Below are positions 19,311 through 28,170 of a stretch of DNA of 36,090 bases, in pieces (positions within the stretch are counted from its first letter, which is position 1; each line of letters starts with the position of its first letter). Location: sequence record SRR31156797_208; one strand, written 5' to 3'. The position numbers and the translations under genes are program-made. Below the pieces are notes generated by a model that worked only from the letters and a program-made list of their open reading frames with translations, searched no databases and was not told the origin of the DNA.

Positions 19311-20537
19311 CTAATGATCAAATCGACGAATCATCTCAATAAAGCATTCTAAACCGACTTGCACATCCGACGTCGTCACTTGCTCTCTCGGGTTATGACT
19401 GATACCTTTCTCACAACGGATAAACAGCATGCCTATTTTGGTTAACTCCGCGATGACCATAGCATCGTGTCCAGCGCCACTCGGTAGGAAACGGGCCATT
19501 CTGCCAGTTACCGATTCAACCACCGATGCCCACTTGTGCTCTAGCTTAGGATCACATTGAACCGCTTTTGCTTTGTAGATGTTTTCGATATTCAACGTCA
19601 ATTTACGTTTGGTAGAGATCTGTTTTAGTTGCTCCAGCATTTCAAACGTTGCATTTTCAAGTGCCGATTGAGAAGCACTACGAATATCAATGGTGAAACG
19701 AACTTTGCCAGCAATAACATTGATGGCACCAGAGACAATTTCGCATTTACCCACTGTGGCAACGACACCCTGCTCTTTCGCCAACGTTTCGATAGCATTG
19801 ATCATTTCCGCCGTCCCGCACATCGCATCCTGACGCAAATTCACAGGTACCGTGCCAGCATGACCGGCCATGCCCTTCACTTCACATTGAAAACGTTTAG
19901 CACCAGCGATACCGTTTACAACGCCAACGGCTAAATTCTCTGCTTCCAGTACGGGACCCTGCTCAATATGAGCTTCCAGATAACCCAACGTTTCTTCAGG
20001 CTTACGGGCATCACTACCAGCTTTTTCCGGGTCTAAGCCAAAGTCTCTCATCGCCTGTGCCATCGTAATGCCATCAGCATCGGCCACATCCAGCCAATTT
20101 GGGTTGAAACAACCTGCAACAGCACTAGAACCGATTAAAGTGGTATTAAAGCGTGTGCCTTCTTCATCTGCGAATGCCACCACATCAATATGAAATGGAA
20201 AGGTCTCATTTTTCAAAGCATCTAAAGCTTCAATGGCTAAAATCACCCCTAGATTGCCATCATACTTACCAGCGTTGACGACAGTGTCACTGTGTGAACC
20301 CAAAATAAGCGTTGGCTGAGTTGGGTTAGGAGAAACCTTGCGCCCCCACTGATTGCCAACACTGTCTTCCCAGGTTTCTAAGCCAGCTTGTTGCATCCAT
20401 TTTTCAAGTTGATCATGAGCTGCGCGATGCTCTGGTGTGAGATAAGCTCGAGTTAATTCTGTTTTACTTTCGCTGAATGAAGCAAGCACATCCGCTTGCT
20501 CCATGAGTCGTACAGCGCGACTTTCCAGTTCGCTCAT
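19311..20537 (-). CDS. Allantoate amidohydrolase (M20 family, AllC/HpxK-like)
   Basis: GSHSDTV, GKYDG, DEEG, HIEQGP, GHAGT, SGAGHDA, GISHNP; start placed at ATG 20537 after AGGAG; substrate inferred from context. Confidence 0.88.
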   Translation of the reverse strand: MSELESRAVRLMEQADVLASFSESKTELTRAYLTPEHRAAHDQLEKWMQQAGLETWEDSVGNQWGRKVSPNPTQPTLILGSHSDTVVNAGKYDGNLGVILAIEALDALKNETFPFHIDVVAFADEEGTRFNTTLIGSSAVAGCFNPNWLDVADADGITMAQAMRDFGLDPEKAGSDARKPEETLGYLEAHIEQGPVLEAENLAVGVVNGIAGAKRFQCEVKGMAGHAGTVPVNLRQDAMCGTAEMINAIETLAKEQGVVATVGKCEIVSGAINVIAGKVRFTIDIRSASQSALENATFEMLEQLKQISTKRKLTLNIENIYKAKAVQCDPKLEHKWASVVESVTGRMARFLPSGAGHDAMVIAELTKIGMLFIRCEKGISHNPREQVTTSDVQVGLECFIEMIRRFDH

Positions 20538-20547
20538 ATCACTCCTA

Positions 20548-21780
20548 CTATTGATAAAATTCCATTGCTGCCGCAACTGCCTGGCCTGGATTAACTGCGG
20601 CTTTGTGTTTGATCAACAAAGCTTCCAGTGCAGCCAACGTTGAAAGCACACACTCTTGGCGCGCGTTGTAGCCCATGGTACCAATACGCCAAATTTTGCC
20701 ATGCAGTGGTCCAAACGATGTACCAATTTCTATGCCAAAACGATTTAGTAGCTCAAGGCGCACAGTATCGCCGTTTACGTTCGCTGGAATGTAAACGCCT
20801 ACGACGTTGTTCATTTTGTGCTGTTGGTTTCCAAACAATTCAAGTCCCATGGCACGTAAACCTGCTGCCATTGCATCCCCAGCTTGTTTGTGGCGTGCAA
20901 TCACGTTCTCAGGACCTTCTTCTAGGAAGATTCGAGCACACTCACGTGCTGCGTAAAGCATACTTGTTGCTTCAGTATGGTGATTTAAACGCTCTGGGCC
21001 CCAATAGTCCATGATCATAGACAAATCAAAGTAGTTTGACTGAATCATTGCGTCTTCACCTTCGGTATGGTGATCCGCACGAATACCCGCTTCGATATGT
21101 TTACGACGATTAATGACTTCAGCACAGCGGTCACTCAAAGTAATTGGCGCTGAGCCTGAAGGACCACCCAAGCACTTCTGTAGTCCGGCAGAAACCGCAT
21201 CTAGGTGCCATTCATCCACTTTTAAATCGTTACCAGCGATTGAAGCGGTGGCATCACAGTAGAAAAGCACACCATGACGCTGACAAATCTCACCCATTTC
21301 TTTCAATGGCTGATTCATTGTGGTGGACGTATCCCCTTGAACTGTTGCCAGTAGCTTTGGCTGGAAAGATTTAATCGCCGCTTCCACTTTTTCAGCAGGA
21401 CATACTTCGCCCCACTCAATATCAATGGTTTTTACTACCGCACCCACACGCTGTGCGATTTCGCATAACAGGTGACCAAAACGACCAATCACCGGAACCA
21501 ACACTTTGTCGCCCGGTTGCAGTACAGAGACCAGTACCGCTTCAATACCTGAGCGCGCCGTACCATCCACCAGCATCGTTTGCTGGTTTTGCGTGAAAAA
21601 CACACCGCGATACAGAGACTGAACCTGATTCATGTATCCGGTCATTACCGGATCATATTGACCAATCAAAGATTGTGAAATCGCCTGATGTACACGCGGA
21701 TACGCATTAATTGGCCCAGGCCCCATTAAAAGACGTTGTGGTGGGTTAAGTGTTTCAAATAATTCTTTTTGGGCTGTCAT
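20548..21780 (-). CDS. pucG: (S)-ureidoglycine-glyoxylate transaminase (PucG/HpxJ-like, class V PLP)
   Basis: RLLMGPGP, DATAS, PLP-Lys in GLQKC, SNYFDL, NHHTEAT, EIGTSFGPL, WRIGTMG; start at ATG 21780 overlapping the upstream TGA. Confidence 0.88.
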   Translation of the reverse strand: MTAQKELFETLNPPQRLLMGPGPINAYPRVHQAISQSLIGQYDPVMTGYMNQVQSLYRGVFFTQNQQTMLVDGTARSGIEAVLVSVLQPGDKVLVPVIGRFGHLLCEIAQRVGAVVKTIDIEWGEVCPAEKVEAAIKSFQPKLLATVQGDTSTTMNQPLKEMGEICQRHGVLFYCDATASIAGNDLKVDEWHLDAVSAGLQKCLGGPSGSAPITLSDRCAEVINRRKHIEAGIRADHHTEGEDAMIQSNYFDLSMIMDYWGPERLNHHTEATSMLYAARECARIFLEEGPENVIARHKQAGDAMAAGLRAMGLELFGNQQHKMNNVVGVYIPANVNGDTVRLELLNRFGIEIGTSFGPLHGKIWRIGTMGYNARQECVLSTLAALEALLIKHKAAVNPGQAVAAAMEFYQ

Positions 21781-23339
21781 TTTATACTCCATGTACCATC
21801 GCTTCGAGGATCACTGGTTGCTGAGGCTTTTCCCTGCGTATCGATGATGATTGCACCAGCGTGTCCCATTAATTCATTATTATCAGCCACGTACGTTACA
21901 TCGTGACCGAGTTGTTTGAGTTGTTCTCCGTACTGTTTATACAGAGATTCTTCAAGTCTTAAGTTGTTTGTGGTGTCGCCCCATGTCCGTCCAAGTAGCC
22001 AACGAGGAAGTGACACAGATTCACTCAGAGAGAATCCCTGATAGTGGTAACGGCTGAATAAACAGGCTTGAGTTTGTGGCTGACCTTCTCCACCCATGGT
22101 TCCATAAACCATACGTCGCCCATCGGCTAAATCAGCATAGGCAGGGTTAAGCGTGTGGAAAGGCTTCTTACCGGCCGCCAGCACATTATGATGATTCGCA
22201 TCGAGAGAAAAACTCTTAGAACGAATGTTCCAAAGAATACCAGTACTTGGCAGTACAACACCTGAACCAAATTCCCAATAGATACTTTGAATAAAGCTCA
22301 CCATAGTGCCGTACTGGTCAGTGGCGCCCATCCAAATTGTGTCGCCCGGCTCTGCCTGATGTGGCCATTCAAGCGCTTGCTCAGCGGAAACGTTATTTGC
22401 ACAATGGCTAATCACAGACTCTTTCAGCCACTCTTGTAATGGCTGAGTTAAATATTCTTCGTCACACACTTCTTTATCGCGGATGATAAATGCTTGCTTA
22501 GTGGCTTCAACCAACAGGTGGATATGATCAACTCCACCTTTAGCCTGAGAAGCTAATCGATCGTAAATAGCCAGAATAAGAAGAGACGCGACACCTTGAG
22601 TTGGTGCGCCGAAGTTATAGAGCTGACCTTTTGATGTTTCTACCGTCAACGGTGACATCACTTTCGCCTGATGACGTTTAAAATCTTCCAGCTCAATCGG
22701 GCTACCGACTTCTTGTAACTCTTTCGCCGCGCTTTGTGCAATTTCACCACGGTAGAAATCATCTAAGCCATTTTCGGCCAGCGTAAACAATGTATTGGCT
22801 AGCGCTTCGTTAACAACGGTATCGCCGACTTTTAATGTCTTACCGTCGTTTAAGAAGTTTTCTGCAAACGCTTTTAAACTTCCCAATCGCTCATAGGTTT
22901 TTTCACTGGCATTGACTAAGCTTTGGGTCACTTCAACGCCTTGTTTCGCCGCTTGAATAGCAGGTTCTAACAGGGAATTTAAACTTAGTTCAGTAGAATC
23001 AATTTCCAGTGCCTTTTGCCATGCGGAGACAGTGCCCGCCATGGTGATAGCGGCTTCTCCACCAAACTCGGGTAGCTCATCGCTTTGGGCGCGATATTTT
23101 TCGATATCAACGTTCATCGCCGCCGCACCACAACCATCAATAGCGACCGGCGTTTGATCTTTCTTGGCAATCAACCAGAAACTATCACCACCAATACTGT
23201 TCATATGCGGATATTGCACAGCGATCATCGCAGCCGCCGCAACCATGGCTTCACTGGCTGTGCCTCCCGCGTCTAAAATCTTTTGCCCCGCTTCTGTGGC
23301 CTTATAGTGTGGAGCGGTAAATGCGGTTTGGTATTTCAT
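21777..23339 (-). CDS. hpxW: Gamma-glutamyltransferase-like Ntn hydrolase, oxamate amidohydrolase (HpxW-like)
   Basis: YPHMNSIGGD, nucleophile Thr in GDTIW, SFIQSIYWEFGSG, KPFHTLNP, GTMGGEGQPQT, SDPRSDG; no signal peptide; purine-catabolism context. Confidence 0.8.
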   Translation of the reverse strand: MKYQTAFTAPHYKATEAGQKILDAGGTASEAMVAAAAMIAVQYPHMNSIGGDSFWLIAKKDQTPVAIDGCGAAAMNVDIEKYRAQSDELPEFGGEAAITMAGTVSAWQKALEIDSTELSLNSLLEPAIQAAKQGVEVTQSLVNASEKTYERLGSLKAFAENFLNDGKTLKVGDTVVNEALANTLFTLAENGLDDFYRGEIAQSAAKELQEVGSPIELEDFKRHQAKVMSPLTVETSKGQLYNFGAPTQGVASLLILAIYDRLASQAKGGVDHIHLLVEATKQAFIIRDKEVCDEEYLTQPLQEWLKESVISHCANNVSAEQALEWPHQAEPGDTIWMGATDQYGTMVSFIQSIYWEFGSGVVLPSTGILWNIRSKSFSLDANHHNVLAAGKKPFHTLNPAYADLADGRRMVYGTMGGEGQPQTQACLFSRYHYQGFSLSESVSLPRWLLGRTWGDTTNNLRLEESLYKQYGEQLKQLGHDVTYVADNNELMGHAGAIIIDTQGKASATSDPRSDGTWSIK

Positions 23340-24520
23340 TTAACTTCTCCTTGAATAAGCAGTTCGCCCGTCGAAAATAAATGCGGTTCGCTATCAGACA
23401 GCCCCAACAATGACATGCCACAAGGGCCTTCAGACAAAGCTTGCATTGGAAGATGCAGTTGAGGGAAACCACACAACCCAGCGATACTGGTTAGCCCCAT
23501 CAACTGCGTTCGATAAGTGGCTAATTTGTCGCCAGAAAGTGTTAGTGCTGGCGGACCAGATGGCGTAGTTGGAACGGCCCAAAGTAAGGAATTCTGTTCC
23601 AGATGCTGCTCAACGATATTTTTAAATTCAGACTGTTTATCAACCGCTTTCTGGTAGTCTTCATCAGTAATGGTTTGTGACCATTTCACTCTCTCGAGAA
23701 TCGCAGGGTCTAGGCTTTCACCGTGTTGCTCTAGCCATACACCATGCTTTTCAATAATGTCATGACCTTGAATCGTGCGGAACAGCAAGCTCAAATCACT
23801 GAGCTCCCAGCCATTCTCTTTCAGGTAGTCACCCCGTACGATCTCTATGTTTGCCTGATCGCACCAAGATATAAACCGAGCCAACCGCTCTTCAGTTAAA
23901 AGCTGAGCGCACTGGTTATCAAGGTAAAGTTGGGTGGCAGAAGTTTCACTTGAGTTTGAGTTTGAAAGAACACGCCATACCTGACGTAATAGAGGCAGTT
24001 CCCGAGCGAAGAGTCCGGCTGTATCAAACGTTTTAGAAAGCTCAAAGCAGTGACTTAGATCTAAAGAACCAACCGTTGGGCGCAGTCCAAACAATCCACA
24101 GTAACTGGCCGGAACTCGCACTGAGCCTCCGGTATCGGTACCAATAGAAAAGTCACATTCTTTGTTGGCTACCGCTACAGCGCTGCCACTGGAAGATCCG
24201 CCGGGGATACACTCTGGAGCCACTGGGTTAACAGGTGTTCCATAATGAATATTTTGACCATTTAAGCTGTAAGCCAACTCGTCGGTTTGAACACGACCAA
24301 CACACTCGGCTCCATTGGCTAACAGTGCAGAAATAAGCGGAGAGCTAACAGCCGCACAGGCGTGGGTTTCAAGCCATTTCGGATTACCTGCTCCGGTTTT
24401 ATAGCCTTCTACATCGAAAAGATCTTTAAATACAAACTGATTACCACTCAAGGCACCTTCAGCAGTCGCTGACAAATGCTCAGGACCTTGAGAGCAATAA
24501 ACTCGACTATCCTTAGTCAT
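23336..24520 (-). CDS. Amidase-signature family amidase (short, AMI1-like type)
   Basis: Catalytic Lys in FKDLFD, GGSSSGS, GTDTGGSVRVPAS; ATGA overlap with the hpxW-like gene. Confidence 0.9.
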   Translation of the reverse strand: MTKDSRVYCSQGPEHLSATAEGALSGNQFVFKDLFDVEGYKTGAGNPKWLETHACAAVSSPLISALLANGAECVGRVQTDELAYSLNGQNIHYGTPVNPVAPECIPGGSSSGSAVAVANKECDFSIGTDTGGSVRVPASYCGLFGLRPTVGSLDLSHCFELSKTFDTAGLFARELPLLRQVWRVLSNSNSSETSATQLYLDNQCAQLLTEERLARFISWCDQANIEIVRGDYLKENGWELSDLSLLFRTIQGHDIIEKHGVWLEQHGESLDPAILERVKWSQTITDEDYQKAVDKQSEFKNIVEQHLEQNSLLWAVPTTPSGPPALTLSGDKLATYRTQLMGLTSIAGLCGFPQLHLPMQALSEGPCGMSLLGLSDSEPHLFSTGELLIQGEVK

Positions 24521-24552
24521 TTCACTTCCTTTTAGAGTTTTAATTATTGTTA

Positions 24553-25548
24553 TTAATTGGCAACCACTGCCCCTTCGGTCTGGCGAGCGTATCGGTTAGC
24601 CAATACTGCGCAGTAGAAAATTTGAATTGGGTGATAAAGCATGATTGGCAGCAAAATCATCCCTAGGTTCGGGTCTGTACCAAAGATAACTTTTGCCATT
24701 GGAATACCTGCCGCCAACGTTTTCTTTGTACCACAGAAAACCGCAGCAACTTCATCTGGCAAATTAAACTTGACTCGACGCGCACCCCATTGGATAAAGT
24801 GCACCATGAAAAGCAAAACAATAAGACAGATAGCAACGGAAGCTGCAAGCAAGCCAATAGAGAATTCACTCCAAATGCCATTTTCCACAGAATCACAGAA
24901 AGCGTTGTAGACAATAAGAAGAATCACATATTTATCCACTTTACCGACCATGCTCTTGTGTTTGGTGGTCCATTCAATCAGGTAAGGACGCAAAATTTGC
25001 CCCACAACCATAGGCAGCAGAAGCAATTTAGCAATTGAAATCACAGACGCCATTAAGTCCAGCTCTACGCCTTCCACACCCATGAACAATTGAATAAGGA
25101 AAGGAGTAATGAATACGCCAATAATGCTTGATAACGATGCATTGAAAATCGCACCTGGAACATTGCCTTTGCCCACACTGGTCATCGCAACCGATGATGA
25201 AATTGTGCTTGGTAGAACGAGCAAGTAACAGAAGCCAAAAGCCAATGCCGCAGGCATATAAGCGATAAAGGCTTCACCAAAGATAACCCATAGCAATGGG
25301 TAAGCAACAAAGGTCGCGGCCTGAATATAAAGGTGAAGACGCCAGTTGGTCATCCCCGATTTGATCGCCTGAGGAGAAAGTCCTAAGCCATGTAGAAAGA
25401 AAACAATTGCGACACCGATACCGGTTAGCACGTCGAGGTGAATGATTCCCCCCGATTTTCCCAAGTCAGAGGTGACCGTCGCTAAACCAATTGCGACAAC
25501 CATTCCGACTAAAAACCATTCTTTCTTAAGTTTTCCAATTACACTCAT
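24553..25548 (-). CDS. Bile acid:sodium symporter (SBF-like, YfeH-type) transporter
   Basis: FFLHGLGL, LPSTISSSV, GNVPGAIFNA, FCGTKKTLAAGIP, MLYHPIQ; about ten hydrophobic segments. Confidence 0.9.
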   Translation of the reverse strand: MSVIGKLKKEWFLVGMVVAIGLATVTSDLGKSGGIIHLDVLTGIGVAIVFFLHGLGLSPQAIKSGMTNWRLHLYIQAATFVAYPLLWVIFGEAFIAYMPAALAFGFCYLLVLPSTISSSVAMTSVGKGNVPGAIFNASLSSIIGVFITPFLIQLFMGVEGVELDLMASVISIAKLLLLPMVVGQILRPYLIEWTTKHKSMVGKVDKYVILLIVYNAFCDSVENGIWSEFSIGLLAASVAICLIVLLFMVHFIQWGARRVKFNLPDEVAAVFCGTKKTLAAGIPMAKVIFGTDPNLGMILLPIMLYHPIQIFYCAVLANRYARQTEGAVVAN

Positions 25549-25598
25549 CTTGCTTTTTATTCTCTTGATTTAGAACGCCATTAACGAACTATGATTAA

Positions 25599-25619
25599 AT
25601 TTTAACAAATTGTATACAG
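25599..25619 (-). promoter_or_regulatory. Putative internal sigma70 promoter (extended -10) with overlapping GntR-type operator
   Basis: The minus strand reads CTGTATACAA-TT-TG-T-TAAAAT: TGnTAAAAT next to a 9/10 copy of TTGTATACAA (25610-25619). Confidence 0.55.
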
Positions 25620-25664
25620 AAAAAGCGAAAAGTAGCGGCAGCCAGTACAGGCTAGCCACCGCCA
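25620..25664 (-). terminator. Terminator/attenuator hairpin after the NCS1 gene
   Basis: Minus strand TGGCGGTGGCTAG-CCTGTA-CTGGCTGCCGCTA: 13-bp stem with four G-U pairs, then CTTTTCGCTTTTT. Confidence 0.65.
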
Positions 25665-25670
25665 AAAAGG

Positions 25671-27113
25671 TTAAACTTCGCTATTTGAAACGGCCGGAAC
25701 TTGAGCCCAAGCTTCTTGTGGTTGCATCAGATATCGATATACAACAGCAGCGACGCCCCCACCAATAAACAGTGCATAGTTAGCAAGCTCTGCGACCCAA
25801 AATGTCGCTATAACAGAGAGCACACTTGCAAACAACAGCGCATAAACACTCTTCATGTTCACACCATTACGATACCAGTACAGTCCTTGTTTAGACTCGG
25901 TATACAAAGACGGAACATCAATATGACCTTTCTTGATAATGTAGTAGTCAACAATAATGATGCCGTATAGCGGTCCAATCATTGCTGCCAACACATCTAC
26001 TGTATAATGAATCACTTCCGGATTATTAAACAGGTTCCAAGGCGTCAACAATACAGAACCAAACGCCGCAATGAACCCACCCGCTTTAAAGCTGATCTTT
26101 TGTGGAGATACGTTTGAAAAGTCAAACGCCGGTGCGACAAAGTTGGCAACGATATTAATACCCACAGTTGCGAAGATGAATGTCATCGCGCCCAAAACAG
26201 TAATGAGTCCAGAATCTAAACGTTTCACTGTTTCTACCGGGTCGGTGATCATCTCACCAAATACTGGAATCGAAGCCGATACGATAACCACACTGAACAC
26301 TGAAAAGAGCAGAAAATTCAGTGGCAGACCCAACAAGTTACCTAACTTCAGTTTGCTGTAGCTACTGCAGTAACGAGAAAAGTCACTAAAGTTCAATGTT
26401 GGTCCAGCAAAATATCCAGCAACCAATGCAATCGCAATAAACATCTGAACAACAATATCCCACCCTTCAAGTTTTTGAGACGCAAGATTAAAGCTAATGT
26501 TCTCCCACCCGGCTAGATTGATCATGTAAATACACAATGCAAACATCGCAATGTAGATAGCTGGGCCTGACCAGTCGATAACTTTACGAATCATGTCCAT
26601 ACCAAACATGAACACAATCCCCTGAAGAATCCACATTGACACAAAGCCTACCCATCCCAAGTATGACAGTCCGACAAAAGACGATTCAGACAGACTTTCC
26701 ATACCAGGGAAGAAATACAACAGTAAGATAATGAATGAGCTTGATGCTAGATAGGTTTGAATTCCATACCACACGACCGCAATCAAACCGCGAATCACTG
26801 CTGGGATATTGGCTCCAAACACACCAAAGGCCATACGTGCGATTACAGGGAACGGGGCGCCCGCTTTCTGCCCTGGTTTGCCCATTAAGTTTGCAAACAA
26901 GAGCACAATACAAATACCCACTAGCAAACTGATAAATACCTGGATACCATTTAGACCCAGTGCAAATAAACTGGCGGCAAACACATAGCCACCAACACTA
27001 TGAACATCAGACATCCAAAAAGCGAAAATACTGTACCATCCCCAATTTTGTTCTTTGTCTGGTTGTAAATCTTCGTTACTCAAACGGGCACTTACTGGCA
27101 ATTCCTTTGTCAT
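25671..27113 (-). CDS. NCS1 nucleobase:cation symporter (probable allantoin permease)
   Basis: NEDL, FWMSDVHSVGGY, WYGIQT, LNFSDFSRY, INIVANFV, TPWNL; start placed at ATG 27113 after AGGGA. Confidence 0.9.
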   Translation of the reverse strand: MTKELPVSARLSNEDLQPDKEQNWGWYSIFAFWMSDVHSVGGYVFAASLFALGLNGIQVFISLLVGICIVLLFANLMGKPGQKAGAPFPVIARMAFGVFGANIPAVIRGLIAVVWYGIQTYLASSSFIILLLYFFPGMESLSESSFVGLSYLGWVGFVSMWILQGIVFMFGMDMIRKVIDWSGPAIYIAMFALCIYMINLAGWENISFNLASQKLEGWDIVVQMFIAIALVAGYFAGPTLNFSDFSRYCSSYSKLKLGNLLGLPLNFLLFSVFSVVIVSASIPVFGEMITDPVETVKRLDSGLITVLGAMTFIFATVGINIVANFVAPAFDFSNVSPQKISFKAGGFIAAFGSVLLTPWNLFNNPEVIHYTVDVLAAMIGPLYGIIIVDYYIIKKGHIDVPSLYTESKQGLYWYRNGVNMKSVYALLFASVLSVIATFWVAELANYALFIGGGVAAVVYRYLMQPQEAWAQVPAVSNSEV

Positions 27114-27132
27114 TTTAATCATCCCTACATAA

Positions 27133-27144
27133 ATTGTATACAAT
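27133..27144. promoter_or_regulatory. GntR-type operator palindrome
   Basis: ATTGTATACAAT, a perfect 12-bp palindrome at the predicted start site of the sigma54 promoter. Confidence 0.7.
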
Positions 27145-27150
27145 CATAGA

Positions 27151-27167
27151 TACAAATTGTATGCCAA
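27151..27167 (-). promoter_or_regulatory. Putative sigma54 (-24/-12) promoter of the NCS1 gene
   Basis: Minus strand TTGGCATACAATTTGTA = GG-N10-GT (GT instead of the canonical GC), with NtrC-like sites upstream. Confidence 0.6.
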
Positions 27168-27229
27168 CCTGATAAGTTACCGATTTACCAATAAATCACG
27201 TATATAAATGCCTCCACAACGAGTATTAA

Positions 27230-27266
27230 TGCACCATTTGAGTTCACCGTGTTACATATTAGTGCA
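27230..27266. promoter_or_regulatory. Tandem NtrC-like enhancer sites
   Basis: TGCACCATTTGAGTTCA (27230-27246) and TGTTACATATTAGTGCA (27250-27266) versus TGCACCA-N3-TGGTGCA; centres 20 bp apart. Confidence 0.65.
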
Positions 27267-27359
27267 TCAAATTTAGCGAATTGACTAACAAATTACGACA
27301 TTATTAGTATTGTAAGGGACAAATAATGGAATCATAATGGTATACATATTGCACGGTAG

Positions 27360-27373
27360 CTTTGTATACAAAG
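27360..27373. promoter_or_regulatory. GntR-type operator palindrome upstream of the GntR gene (autoregulation)
   Basis: CTTTGTATACAAAG, perfect 14 bp; weaker copy TGGTATACAT at 27338-27347. Confidence 0.7.
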
Positions 27374-27395
27374 AACAATAAAAAAGAGAGTTCAC

Positions 27396-28067
27396 ATGTC
27401 GAATGACGATATCATTTATCAAAGAATGCTAAAGGCGATCGTTGAACATCAACTTCCACCCGGCGAGCGTTTACCAGAAGATAAGCTTTCTGAAGCTTTT
27501 GGTGTAAGCCGAACGGGTATTCGTAAAGTTTTGCAACGTTTAGCATTAGAGCGCTTTGTAGTCATCCAACCTAACAAAGGCGCACAGGTTAATAGACCAA
27601 GCCGCAGAGAGGCTGAAGAAGTTTGGGACAGCCGTATTTTATTAGAGCCTCAATTGATCCCAGATATCGCTGCAAATTGGAATAACAAAATCGCAAAACA
27701 ATTTCGTTCTATGGTTGAACTGGAGAAACAAGCTGATCTCGACGGAAACATGGCTGAAGCTATTCAGCTGACTGCTAAGTTTCATTATGAATTGGCGCGA
27801 TCAGGCAACAACCTAGTACTTGCTGAATTTATCGAACAACTCTGTTATCGCTCCTCACTAGTGATTGCGGCTTACGGTACAAAAGAGAGTGTAAGCTGTG
27901 ATTGTGGCGACCATATGGAACTGGTGGACCTTTTAACTGATAACAAAGTTGAACAAGCGCAAAAATGGATGCGTCACCACCTCGAACATATTAAAGCATC
28001 AATATCCCTGAGTAATAAACAAGATGGGCATGTTGATTTTGGTCAGTTGTTCAAACAGGCCGTCTAA
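27396..28067 (+). CDS. GntR-family regulator (FCD/FadR subfamily)
   Basis: LPPGERLPEDKLSEAFGVSRTGIRKVL HTH, PNKGA; FH...GN and HHLEH FCD motifs. Confidence 0.94.
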   Translation: MSNDDIIYQRMLKAIVEHQLPPGERLPEDKLSEAFGVSRTGIRKVLQRLALERFVVIQPNKGAQVNRPSRREAEEVWDSRILLEPQLIPDIAANWNNKIAKQFRSMVELEKQADLDGNMAEAIQLTAKFHYELARSGNNLVLAEFIEQLCYRSSLVIAAYGTKESVSCDCGDHMELVDLLTDNKVEQAQKWMRHHLEHIKASISLSNKQDGHVDFGQLFKQAV

Positions 28068-28081
28068 CAAATTTAAATAAG

Positions 28082-28140
28082 TTGAATGTCCTCATGCCCT
28101 GCCAATTTCAATTGGTTTGGGCTGGAAATAAGACGTTCAA
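28082..28140 (+). other. Nested stem-loop in the gntR-puuE spacer
   Basis: TTGAATGTC/GACGTTCAA outer stem (one G-U), GCCC/GGGC, and GCCAAT-TTCA-ATTGGT inner hairpin. Confidence 0.5.
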
Positions 28141-28170
28141 AACAATCCGTCAGTTTACAAGGAAATAAAC

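Noticed and set aside
20628-21374. Plus-strand ORFs of 128 and 76 aa
   Set aside because: Lie wholly opposite the well-supported PucG-like gene.
21777-23339. Glutathione-degrading gamma-glutamyltranspeptidase
   Set aside because: No signal peptide, lacks the SSM motif of true GGT, and is coupled to ureidoglycine genes.
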